This document shows, piece by piece, positions 24,895 through 33,151 of a stretch of 64,000 nucleotides of DNA. The notes under the pieces are model-generated. The model had not been told where the DNA came from, made no database searches, and saw nothing but the letters and a program-made list of their open reading frames with translations. A program made the translations under genes and the position numbers. This DNA comes from a virus. How positions within the stretch are numbered: the first letter of the stretch is position 1; every line of letters begins with the position of its first letter. Where the stretch lies: IMG/VR virus record IMGVR_UViG_3300045051_000531; one strand, written 5' to 3'.

Positions 24895-26031
24895 ATGGCC
24901 AAGAGCCAGCACCACAACACGCCCCGCCACCACGAGACCCGCAAGGGCAACCAGGAGGGCCGCGGGGGCCCCGTCGAACGGGACTACACCTTGTTCTTCG
25001 ACAAAATCGTTCCGGATATGACCCCCGGGGAAGTCGCGAAGCGACTGGACCGTTCGGTCCTGTACTTCGGCGTCTCCGCCCTCAGGGAGCAGGTCGAGGC
25101 CTACGCCGACGCGAAGCGCCGGGACCCCACCCTGGCGCCCCACGGCGTCGTCGCCAAGATCCTGGCGAACGCGACCATCAAGCTGGTCATGCAGGGCCTG
25201 GGCTGCGAACACCAGCAGGGCAAGCAGAAGATCGCCGTGATCACGGCGACCGCGCTGCCCAACAAGTGGTACCGCGGCGAGGACGGCTTGCCGTACACGG
25301 TGACCCCCGTGAAGGCGGCCATGGAGGCCATCGCCAAGGCTGACGCCGTGATCCGCAGCCTGATCACCTACGGGCGCTGGGCCCAGAAGGTCCTGGAGGC
25401 CTGCTCGGCGCTGCGGACCCCGGGCGAGACCGTGGCGCTGCCCGAGGACATCGGGGAGATCCCCGAGTTCGGGACCTACCACAAGTGGGTCTACGGCTGC
25501 ATCTGGCGCGACGCCTACATCGAGCTCAAGAAGGCCGTGGAGGCCGTCAACGAGCACGAGCGCGCCCTGGCGACGTCGACCGCCCTGACCATCGTGGCGG
25601 CCGGCAACCAGACCGAACCCGAGGAGGTCGTCGTGGGGGTCACCACCGAACAGCTCGAGGAGAACCTCGTCTGGGTGGAGAAGTACCTCCCCGAGGGCCA
25701 CGAACTCAGGTCGCTGCGTGACCTGACCACCCGCGGTGCCGTGACTGCGGATGATGCCGTGACGGCGATCAAGAAGGAGCACAAGGCCATGATGGACCGC
25801 AAGGCGGTCATCGACGAGGCCGCCGCTCAGGCCCAACAGGAGAGGGAACAGTTCCTGGGCACCCTGAAGCACTTCGAAGACGTCGCCCCCGATGGCGACG
25901 ACGTCCACGCCATCCGGGACATGCTGGACAAGGGCGAGGTCACCCTGGAGCAGGCCGAACAGCTGCTCACGGCCTACCTCGACGACATCAAGAAGAAGGA
26001 GGCCGCCGCGGCGGAGCCCAAGCAGGACTGA
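24895..26031 (+). CDS. hypothetical protein with coiled-coil C-terminus
   Basis: RBS AGGAG before the ATG at 24895; strong phage codon bias. Confidence 0.7.
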   Translation: MAKSQHHNTPRHHETRKGNQEGRGGPVERDYTLFFDKIVPDMTPGEVAKRLDRSVLYFGVSALREQVEAYADAKRRDPTLAPHGVVAKILANATIKLVMQGLGCEHQQGKQKIAVITATALPNKWYRGEDGLPYTVTPVKAAMEAIAKADAVIRSLITYGRWAQKVLEACSALRTPGETVALPEDIGEIPEFGTYHKWVYGCIWRDAYIELKKAVEAVNEHERALATSTALTIVAAGNQTEPEEVVVGVTTEQLEENLVWVEKYLPEGHELRSLRDLTTRGAVTADDAVTAIKKEHKAMMDRKAVIDEAAAQAQQEREQFLGTLKHFEDVAPDGDDVHAIRDMLDKGEVTLEQAEQLLTAYLDDIKKKEAAAAEPKQD

Positions 26032-26068
26032 CACTGCCGCTTAGCCGAGCGCATCGGCCGCACTAAAA

Positions 26069-26181
26069 ACCTCATAACTACCCGACCACACCTGCATACA
26101 CCACTGCAGGGCGTTGGTTCGGGTAGTTATGAGGTCGCGTTGCTTTACTCGGTAATGCTTTATTTTTTACCTATCACACAG
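26069..26181 (+). promoter_or_regulatory. long hairpin plus TTTACCTATYACACAG box
   Basis: Perfect 17-bp inverted repeat (26069-26085 / 26119-26135); box at 26166-26181 matches 17701-17716 except one base. Confidence 0.45.
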
Positions 26182-26191
26182 AGAGGATACC

Positions 26192-26440
26192 ATGCGTGAT
26201 TTATCCGCCGTGATCGACAAGCTGCTCGAAACGATCCCGAAGTCTGAGAAGTCGTTGATCGCTGAGCTCGACGACATCAAGTCGAGTTACGAGTTCGCGT
26301 CGCCGGAACTCCGCTCGATGTGGTGGCGTGAGGCCGCCGAGATCCTGGCGAACGCCATGAAGACCCCGACCAAAGACTGGGAGTGGGACTGCTGCGACAT
26401 CTTCGCTGACAAAAAGTTCCCCAGGGTGACGGCTTCATGA
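26192..26440 (+). CDS. hypothetical protein
   Basis: 82 aa with RBS GAGG. Confidence 0.6.
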   Translation: MRDLSAVIDKLLETIPKSEKSLIAELDDIKSSYEFASPELRSMWWREAAEILANAMKTPTKDWEWDCCDIFADKKFPRVTAS

Positions 26441-27783
26441 AAGACCTCTTCGCACCGGACCCCAAGCCGCCGGCGCAGAAGCCGGGAGACGGGGTCACCT
26501 TGTCTCCAGGTCAGGATGAAGCCGCGAAGCGCGTCCTGGCTCCACAGGGTCGGGTCTCCATCCTGACGGGTCCAGCTGGTTGTGGGAAATCCACGATCAT
26601 CAACCATCTCCGCGAAACGGTGCCCTGCACGATCGCCGCGACGACTGGCAAAGCCGCGATGCACATCGACGGCTGCACCGTGGACTCCCTGTTCTGTTTC
26701 AACCGGGACAACTACCGGGTCTGGAACGAGGACTTCCTGACGTACGTGATGAGGGAAGCCGCGGATCTCATCATCATCGACGAGGCCTCCATGATCGGGA
26801 AAAGGATGGCCAATCTGATCTACGAGATCGCCGTGGCCCACAAAAAGCGGCTCCTTCTCGTCGGTGACTGGGCCCAGGCCCGTCCGGTCAAGGATGACTG
26901 GATCACGAACTCCAAGATGATGGCGGACTACGACCTCATCAAGTTGACGGAGTGCCACCGGCAGAGCGAGGGCCCCTACCTGGAGGCCCTGAACGATGTC
27001 AGGCTCGGGCATATCTCCGAAGCCACGGAAGCCCTGTTCAAGTCGCGTGTCGGTTTGAAGCCGCCGGAGGGCAGCCACGTCATCCGGGCCTTCGCGACCA
27101 ACGCGAAAGCTGACGCCTTCAACCAGGCCAACCTGTGGAGGCTCGTCGCCCTCGGTGGCGCCACGGCGTTCCGGCTCTTCGCGACATACCACGATGCCCG
27201 GGATCCCAAGAAGCAGGCCGATAAGCCGCGGGACGAGGGCTACAAGCTGGACGCCATCGAAGCCACGAACTTCGCTCACGGGGAACCCTTCGCGCTGGGG
27301 TGCCGCGTCGTCTGCACCTACAACGAACCCGAGTTCAAGTCTTACGTCAACGGTGACACCGGGGACCTCATCGGGGGATCCTGCCAGGACGGCAGATCCC
27401 TGCAGTCCGCGCTGGAGGCCTTCGCGAAGAACGAGACTCCGTTTCGGATCGAGGCTCTCCAGATCAAGCTGGACCGGGGCCCCGTGGTCCTCGTCAGGAC
27501 CCTGGAGCGGGAGAAGAAGGATGCCCTGGACCGCGTCCAGGACGTCATCACCGGGTTCCCGCTGCGTCTCGGTTACGGGATCACGATCCATAAGAGCCAG
27601 GGCATGACGGTGCAAGCCGCACAAGTCGACCTGGAGTCCTTACTGGCGTTCCCCGATAAGGAGAGCCGCCACGGACTCGCGTATGTTGCCCTGAGCCGAA
27701 CCAAGACGCTCGAAGGGCTCTATCTCCGCAACTGGGCCCCAGAAGCGATCTTCTGCGACCCCGAGATCAGAGGATTCCTATGA
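26437..27783 (+). CDS. SF1B helicase (Pif1/RecD/Dda-like)
   Basis: TGPAGCGKS, IIIDEASM, LVGDWAQ, GITIHKSQG and AYVALSR. Confidence 0.92.
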   Translation: MKDLFAPDPKPPAQKPGDGVTLSPGQDEAAKRVLAPQGRVSILTGPAGCGKSTIINHLRETVPCTIAATTGKAAMHIDGCTVDSLFCFNRDNYRVWNEDFLTYVMREAADLIIIDEASMIGKRMANLIYEIAVAHKKRLLLVGDWAQARPVKDDWITNSKMMADYDLIKLTECHRQSEGPYLEALNDVRLGHISEATEALFKSRVGLKPPEGSHVIRAFATNAKADAFNQANLWRLVALGGATAFRLFATYHDARDPKKQADKPRDEGYKLDAIEATNFAHGEPFALGCRVVCTYNEPEFKSYVNGDTGDLIGGSCQDGRSLQSALEAFAKNETPFRIEALQIKLDRGPVVLVRTLEREKKDALDRVQDVITGFPLRLGYGITIHKSQGMTVQAAQVDLESLLAFPDKESRHGLAYVALSRTKTLEGLYLRNWAPEAIFCDPEIRGFL

Positions 27784-28097
27784 CCCGTGTCGTCGAGGTC
27801 GTCCTGCGCGAAGTCAGGGAGCAAAAATATCTCATGGAGATCCCAGACGATCGCGAACTGGAATGGATCAAGCGGTACTTCTGGGACGCCAACATAAGCT
27901 CGTATGTTGATCCGATCGACGAGGACTACGTGGAGACCGATGTCACGCGCGTCGAAGGACTGGATTCTGACGTCGTCGAAAAGATGCCGGGGCACATAAC
28001 GCGCAAGATCCGGTATCTCGATGCCGACGCAGCCGCAGAGGTCGATGGTGTGTTCGAACAGCTCCGGCGAGAAGCTCAGGCCACGACGAACCGGTAG
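27780..28097 (+). CDS. hypothetical protein
   Basis: 105 aa, ATGA coupling; ends at TAG just before the suppressor tRNA. Confidence 0.6.
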   Translation: MTRVVEVVLREVREQKYLMEIPDDRELEWIKRYFWDANISSYVDPIDEDYVETDVTRVEGLDSDVVEKMPGHITRKIRYLDADAAAEVDGVFEQLRREAQATTNR

Positions 28098-28103
28098 CCC
28101 CAG

Positions 28104-28176
28104 GCGTCCGTACCTCAGTGGCAGAGGAGCGGTTTCTAAAACCGGCCAGTCGCGGGTTCGATCCCCGCCGGACGCA
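28104..28176 (+). tRNA. amber-suppressor tRNA (anticodon CUA)
   Basis: Canonical cloverleaf numbering puts CTA (28136-28138) at positions 34-36, with U33 and A37; G1-C72, A73; no encoded CCA. Confidence 0.85.
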
Positions 28177-28216
28177 GTACCTTGCTCAATCAACAGGAAC
28201 CCATAGAAAGGGAACC

Positions 28217-28540
28217 ATGCGCCAGTAGCTAACTCACTTCTTCGTTTGGGTCAGAACCGACTTATCGGTCCCCCAGCAACTCGTTCAGGCCGTCCATGCC
28301 GCTCACACGGCTGGGGCCAGGTTTACAGATCTCCCTGATCAACTCAGCGTTGTGGTTTGCGCGCTTCCCGATGAAGCCGCGATCGATGAGCTCGTCAAGT
28401 ACCTCGATCTCGTTGGGATCACCTATGTCGTGTTCCGGGAACCCGACCTCGGCGACACCAGGACCTCCGTTGCTACGGCGCCACTGACGGCGTCGCAGCG
28501 TCGCGCCCTGAGGCACTACCAGCTCTGGGGGTCCCAGTGA
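28217..28540 (+). CDS. PTH2-like (peptidyl-tRNA hydrolase II fold) protein with in-frame TAG at codon 4
   Basis: RBS GAAAGGGA, then ATG CGC CAG TAG; continues FVWVRTDLSVPQQLVQAVHAA...VFREPDLGDTRTSVATAP...RRALRHYQLW. Confidence 0.72.
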
Positions 28541-28614
28541 CCCCATACCTGGCTAGAGGCCCTCCGAGACACCTGGATGCCCGACGTAACCCAACCACCC
28601 AACATGGAGTCTGT

Positions 28615-28899
28615 ATGCCCACCAACACCGCCGACACCGTCGACTTCTACCGCCAGTTCACCGAAGAGGAGCGCGCCGCGTTCCACGCCAAGCGCATCGC
28701 GCTTCGCGACCAGATCAAGGAGCTCGCCGGTCACCAAGTCCTGGCCAAGGAGACCCTGAGGCAGCCGCATCACGAGGTCTTCAAGGTCGGCCCGATCATG
28801 GCGCACGCCCACTGGCGCGCCAAACGGATCACGGATCTGCTCCGGGAATACCACGTTCACCGGAGAACCGGCAAGGAGGCCGCGCACCACGTGGCCTGA
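28615..28899 (+). CDS. hypothetical protein
   Basis: RBS GGAG; 94 aa. Confidence 0.6.
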   Translation: MPTNTADTVDFYRQFTEEERAAFHAKRIALRDQIKELAGHQVLAKETLRQPHHEVFKVGPIMAHAHWRAKRITDLLREYHVHRRTGKEAAHHVA

Positions 28900-28950
28900 A
28901 CAAGACCCAGCTAGCTGGAAACAGCTGGCTGGGTCGCATTGAAAGGAATT

Positions 28951-29376
28951 ATGACCTACGAGCAGCACGACAGGCTCAAGATAATCGGCGGGGTCCTGCT
29001 CATAGCGGCCCTTATAGCCTGGGTGGTCGCTGAGTTCGCCGTGACGAAGTCTTTCGTTGGGGCGCTGGTCAGTAAGGGCATCTCGGTGTCCTACAGCCGG
29101 GACTACGAGGACGACGAGACCACGGCGACGAAACGCTACGAGCTCACGTTCTACGTCGACGGTAACATGAAGACCGTTCTCGTTGAAAAACAGCGGGCCA
29201 CGCGCATCGGCTGGAGTGAAGCGGCTGCCCTCCAGAAGCTGGAGGCCAACAACTCGGAACCAGCTGAGTTCACGCACGCCAAGGTACAGAGGCAGTACGT
29301 CGTCAAGACGCGCGGCTGGATCATCGATGACACCGTTATCGAGATCACCGATCTCGCAACTATAAAAGCGGAGTAA
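28951..29376 (+). CDS. hypothetical membrane-anchored protein
   Basis: One N-terminal hydrophobic segment. Confidence 0.6.
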   Translation: MTYEQHDRLKIIGGVLLIAALIAWVVAEFAVTKSFVGALVSKGISVSYSRDYEDDETTATKRYELTFYVDGNMKTVLVEKQRATRIGWSEAAALQKLEANNSEPAEFTHAKVQRQYVVKTRGWIIDDTVIEITDLATIKAE

Positions 29377-29378
29377 CC

Positions 29379-29810
29379 ATGAAAACACTCGAACAGATCA
29401 TGGGGTACCAGTCCGAGGCCCTCGACGGCCGTGACCTTTACAGGCTCATGGACTTCATCCCAGAAGCCGATCTACCCAAGCTCAAGCTCGAACTGAAACC
29501 CGAGTACGTCGGGAAGCACGCCGCGGTTCCCCTGACCCGCGAAGCCGTTCTGGAGCGCCTGAAGCGCGATCTCGAGTTCGCCTTCGAGAAGGCGCTCAAC
29601 AAGCGTGGGATCTCGGCCAGCCTGATGGTCGAGGTCGTCGCGATGTGGAATTGGGTCCTGGAAGAGGGGCTCGAGAAGTGCCCCGAGGACATGTACGCCC
29701 AGTACGGGCTCCCGTTCCTCAAGGCCACCGCGCTGAAGCATGGGTTCGAGAACCCCATCGGCGATGACCGCGGTGACGAGTTCAAGTACAGCGCTGAAGG
29801 CGAGTACTGA
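29379..29810 (+). CDS. hypothetical phage protein
   Basis: 143 aa with RBS GGAG. Confidence 0.65.
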   Translation: MKTLEQIMGYQSEALDGRDLYRLMDFIPEADLPKLKLELKPEYVGKHAAVPLTREAVLERLKRDLEFAFEKALNKRGISASLMVEVVAMWNWVLEEGLEKCPEDMYAQYGLPFLKATALKHGFENPIGDDRGDEFKYSAEGEY

Positions 29811-29811
29811 T

Positions 29812-30249
29812 ATGACCTATTTCAAGGACACCAAAAAGCCGTTCATGATCAACCAGGACTTCAAGTTCCGGATCAACTCCTGGGTGATCTCGTACTGGCA
29901 GACCGGCATCGATACCTCGTTCAGGCGTAATGAGTCCTTCAAGTCGTACGACGCCGTGCGAGCCCGAGTCAAAGAGATCAAAGATCCCAGCACCCCAGGG
30001 ATCTACTCCAGCCTGGGGGTCCGCTATATCACGAAGCACAACAAGGCCAGATACGTGCAGAAGCCGAAGCCGGATCCCAAGACGATCACGTTCTCGGAGC
30101 TCAAGCGGCTCGCGTTCTGCAACTCGAAGAAACTGCCGAGGCGGGTCTGGCTCCCCAACGGCCACTTCATGGAGTGGGTCGGGATCGGCTGGATCTCTGT
30201 TGGCAAGGGGACCCCCAGCGACAGCGATATCAGGGTCGTCGACGGATGA
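29812..30249 (+). CDS. hypothetical protein
   Basis: 145 aa, starts 1 nt after the previous stop. Confidence 0.6.
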   Translation: MTYFKDTKKPFMINQDFKFRINSWVISYWQTGIDTSFRRNESFKSYDAVRARVKEIKDPSTPGIYSSLGVRYITKHNKARYVQKPKPDPKTITFSELKRLAFCNSKKLPRRVWLPNGHFMEWVGIGWISVGKGTPSDSDIRVVDG

Positions 30250-30455
30250 AGGAGTCCACTCGCATCATGTTGGCAGCGTTCAGCACTGCCGCGATCCTTC
30301 TCGTCGTGCTTCTCGGCGGATCCGTGCTCATCGCTCACTACGCCAGGCCGCCGTGGTCGTACATCGCGTCTGGATGCTGGGGATTCCTGGTGGCCAGTCA
30401 GTTCAGGTGTTTGATCCCGTTTCTGATGCACCACGTCTTCGGTATAAAGGAATAA
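30246..30455 (+). CDS. small membrane protein
   Basis: Two hydrophobic segments; ATGA coupling. Confidence 0.55.
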   Translation: MKESTRIMLAAFSTAAILLVVLLGGSVLIAHYARPPWSYIASGCWGFLVASQFRCLIPFLMHHVFGIKE

Positions 30456-30457
30456 CC

Positions 30458-31162
30458 ATGGGCGATTTCTCGATCCGTTGCTCGATCAGCGGGGTTCCGA
30501 TCCCGTGCAACACGGACGTCCTCGTCATCAAGATGCAACGTAGCGTGAACCACCCCGAGTACCGGTACCCGGTGTCGATGCCGGTACCTGGGCTCATGGG
30601 TAGCTACGGCTACGTCGACGACGTCAGTGACCACAACGATAACGACAAAGTCACCAGTTATCTCCACGTTCTCCCGAACCTGTGGAAAGCGGCTGGTGAT
30701 ATCTGGGAACGCGGCATGTTCGGTAACAAGGTCCCAAGCCTCACCGAGGAGATCGAAGCTGAGCGCGAGAAGTACAGGAACGCGCTCGCGGAGTACGCTC
30801 AGTTCAAGGACAGCGGGGCCTACGAGTCGCTCGTCGAGCTCCGCATGAACGACGGTGGCGAGTGGCTCAGGCGGCTCAAAAACATTGTGTTGTTCGCACC
30901 AGACTTCGGGAAGACCAATCCGATTTACACCGGAGTTCTGGACATGATCAAGCAGAAGAAGGCGCCTGCTCAGGAGGAGATCGAGAAGCTCCACGACCTC
31001 ATCGCAGCGTTCATGTCATCAGGCATCACCGGGGTATCGCTAGGTGGTGGAACCGAAGGCGGCTACCCGTTCGAGCAGTACCCCGAGCTGAAGTGGGACC
31101 TGCTCTGGCACCAGGCCATCGTTAAGGAGATCAAGCTGCTCCGTACCGAGATCCACTCCTAG
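30458..31162 (+). CDS. hypothetical protein
   Basis: RBS AAGGA; starts MGDFSIRCSISG. Confidence 0.65.
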   Translation: MGDFSIRCSISGVPIPCNTDVLVIKMQRSVNHPEYRYPVSMPVPGLMGSYGYVDDVSDHNDNDKVTSYLHVLPNLWKAAGDIWERGMFGNKVPSLTEEIEAEREKYRNALAEYAQFKDSGAYESLVELRMNDGGEWLRRLKNIVLFAPDFGKTNPIYTGVLDMIKQKKAPAQEEIEKLHDLIAAFMSSGITGVSLGGGTEGGYPFEQYPELKWDLLWHQAIVKEIKLLRTEIHS

Positions 31163-31171
31163 GAGGACCCC

Positions 31172-31642
31172 ATGGACGAAACGGATACCCTCAGCGGTCG
31201 CTACGGCACCGCCAAGATGATTATGCCCGACGGGCAAGAGATCCCCTGCTTGGCCCGCAAGGTGCCCAGGGGTGACGGTTCATTCGGCTGGGTCATCATC
31301 GATGACCGCGTCCTGGCCTACGAGGCCTCCCAGGCCCACACCGACTACAAGGCCGCGGATCACATCGACGCCGCTACGGAGGCCATCACTAAGCGGCCCA
31401 CGACGATCTCGACGACCTCCGAGGACCGCAAGGGCATCAGCCTGGATCTCCTCCAGTTCCTCGGTGACCCGGACCCCGTGATTGCCAACGGTGGCTTCCC
31501 TCCGGAGAAGCTCGCCGCGTTCAAGGCGCACCCGCTGTCCGTGACGATGGCGCGGCGGCTCTGCCTGGTCTACGGTGGCAAGTGGGCCACGGTTCTGAAG
31601 TTCCTCCCGAAGTTCTACCCGGATAGCCGTCCCGGTGGCTGA
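31172..31642 (+). CDS. hypothetical protein
   Basis: 156 aa with RBS AGGAGG. Confidence 0.6.
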   Translation: MDETDTLSGRYGTAKMIMPDGQEIPCLARKVPRGDGSFGWVIIDDRVLAYEASQAHTDYKAADHIDAATEAITKRPTTISTTSEDRKGISLDLLQFLGDPDPVIANGGFPPEKLAAFKAHPLSVTMARRLCLVYGGKWATVLKFLPKFYPDSRPGG

Positions 31643-31868
31643 GGAGACCGCCACGGTTGAAGTCGTCACCAGCGGAGGCCCTGACATGGTCTGGGCCTCC
31701 GACCTGATCCAGGTTCCCAAGCAGGACTTCCTGGACGCCGTGGCTGCCTTCAAGTCAACGGGGGCCTGCTGTTGCGACACGAAGCGGCGATTCATCGTCG
31801 ACATACCGGGGTATCCGATGGACATCCGGAGGTGCGCGGTCTGTGACCGTTCCCTAGGTGGCGTATGA
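31635..31868 (+). CDS. small Cys-containing hypothetical protein
   Basis: CCCD and CAVC motifs. Confidence 0.55.
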   Translation: MAEETATVEVVTSGGPDMVWASDLIQVPKQDFLDAVAAFKSTGACCCDTKRRFIVDIPGYPMDIRRCAVCDRSLGGV

Positions 31869-31975
31869 CGCCACGACGGATCACGCGCTCCGCGTTCTAC
31901 CGCAACGGCGGTTTCTCCAGCACCAGCCAGTTCCGTTACATGCGTAGCGGGATCTGGCGTTACTACACGTACTAA
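31865..31975 (+). CDS. 36-aa small ORF not in the ORF track
   Basis: ATGA coupling upstream; its TAA overlaps the next RBS; MTPRRITRSAFYRNGGFSSTSQFRYMRSGIWRYYTY. Confidence 0.5.
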   Translation: MTPRRITRSAFYRNGGFSSTSQFRYMRSGIWRYYTY

Positions 31976-31984
31976 GGAGGCCAG

Positions 31985-32209
31985 ATGCCTGATCCAGCTC
32001 AGTTCTATGTGTCCGATCTCGTCAAAACCGATTCGGGCTTATACACTATGACCCGGCACAAGTCGGCGGAGGAGGCCGTCGAGTTCATCGAGAAGCGCCT
32101 GACGACCTCACCGAGCGGCTCCAAGCTGTACCTGCTGCAGAGCGTGGCGACGTTCACCGTCGAAGCCAAGATCAACCGCGAAGACATCGGGGCCGCAGAT
32201 GGCGGCTGA
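31985..32209 (+). CDS. hypothetical protein
   Basis: 74 aa with RBS AAGGAGG. Confidence 0.6.
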   Translation: MPDPAQFYVSDLVKTDSGLYTMTRHKSAEEAVEFIEKRLTTSPSGSKLYLLQSVATFTVEAKINREDIGAADGG

Positions 32210-32420
32210 TGTCCACAAACAGCTTGTCCACATCGCTACGACACACGGGATAAACCTCGCGAAAGTAGCCCGCGTGGCCAAGCTGCTCGGGCACACCGAC
32301 GAACAGAAAATCGTGGAGTACATCCGACAAAGCGGGTTCGCTGTTGTCCGAAATGTGTCCGATGGTAAGGGCGGTTTTCGGCGTCAGACCGAGGAGGAGT
32401 TCGCCGATAAGTTCAAGTAA
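32199..32420 (+). CDS. hypothetical protein
   Basis: 73 aa, overlaps the previous stop. Confidence 0.55.
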   Translation: MAADVHKQLVHIATTHGINLAKVARVAKLLGHTDEQKIVEYIRQSGFAVVRNVSDGKGGFRRQTEEEFADKFK

Positions 32421-32446
32421 TTAGGTACTCCTATATCGCCGAACGG

Positions 32447-32530
32447 GGTGTGGCGGGGCGGGGCGGGGCGAGGCGTGGCGGGGCGCGGCATGGCAGGGCA
32501 GGGCAAGGCCAGCTCTTTACGAAGCGCTGG
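32447..32530 (+). repeat. GGY-NN pentamer array 1 (13 units) with terminal UACG-loop hairpin; candidate guide RNA
   Basis: GGY every 5 nt from 32447 to 32511; hairpin at 32509-32530. Confidence 0.9.
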
Positions 32531-32560
32531 GGTTGACGAACTCATACGTACCACATCCGC

Positions 32561-32664
32561 GGCATGGCAAGGCTAGGCCTGGCATGGCAGGGCGATGCGG
32601 GGCGAGGCGTGGCAGGGCCTGGCATGGCAAGGCTTGGCGAGGGTTTCTTTTTACGAAAAGAAAC
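32561..32664 (+). repeat. GGY-NN pentamer array 2 (16 units) with terminal UACG-loop hairpin; candidate guide RNA
   Basis: GGC every 5 nt from 32561 to 32640 (one TGC variant); perfect 9-bp hairpin at 32643-32664. Confidence 0.9.
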
Positions 32665-32701
32665 GGTCGGCGGACCAATACGCATAAGAATGAGAGGCTT
32701 A

Positions 32702-33151
32702 ATGAACGGCTATGTGTACGTTCTGACTGACGGAACCGCGTTCAAAATTGGTTACACGAGTGATCGTCCGATTGTACGGCAATGGGGTTGCCAAGTCGGA
32801 AACCCGATTCAGTTAACCTTGGTACTAACGATACAGAGCAATGAGCCTGACGTGCTGGAGCGTGAGTTGCATCGACGTTACTGGCATCGAAAGGCGTTAC
32901 CACATAAACAAACCGGGGAATGGTTCAACCTGACCCCTGAGGATCTCAAGGAGATCCAGGAGAACTATCATGTCAAAAAACCTTACGATCCAATTTCACC
33001 TGGTGGGCACTCGCCCTTTGATGTTCGACCGGTACCCCGGGGACAACAAGACCAAGCTCCCGGACGACGAGAAGATGTACCTGGACGAGCATCGCCATTT
33101 GACGATCCCAACGATCAACCTGTTTTCGATGCTGGTGGCCGAAAATACTAA
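32702..33151 (+). CDS. T5orf172/GIY-YIG-like nuclease domain protein
   Basis: GYVYVL...FKIGYT...LERELH...GEWFNL; lower GC; the last about 60 codons overlap the next gene. Confidence 0.78.
   Translation: MNGYVYVLTDGTAFKIGYTSDRPIVRQWGCQVGNPIQLTLVLTIQSNEPDVLERELHRRYWHRKALPHKQTGEWFNLTPEDLKEIQENYHVKKPYDPISPGGHSPFDVRPVPRGQQDQAPGRREDVPGRASPFDDPNDQPVFDAGGRKY

Noticed and set aside
28104-28176. tRNA-Arg(UCU) reading of the TTTCTAA loop
   Set aside because: That register leaves the anticodon stem unpaired; canonical numbering from the D-arm places CUA at 34-36.
32447-32640. CRISPR array or ordinary microsatellite
   Set aside because: There are no 23-50-nt repeats with spacers, and the units are not identical as slippage would produce; only positions 4-5 vary.
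32533-32730. ORFs reading ARHGKARPGMAGR or MARLGLAWQG across the pentamer arrays
   Set aside because: These are translations of the 5-nt periodic repeat with no RBS; the region is better explained as non-coding RNA, and the real ORF starts at 32702.
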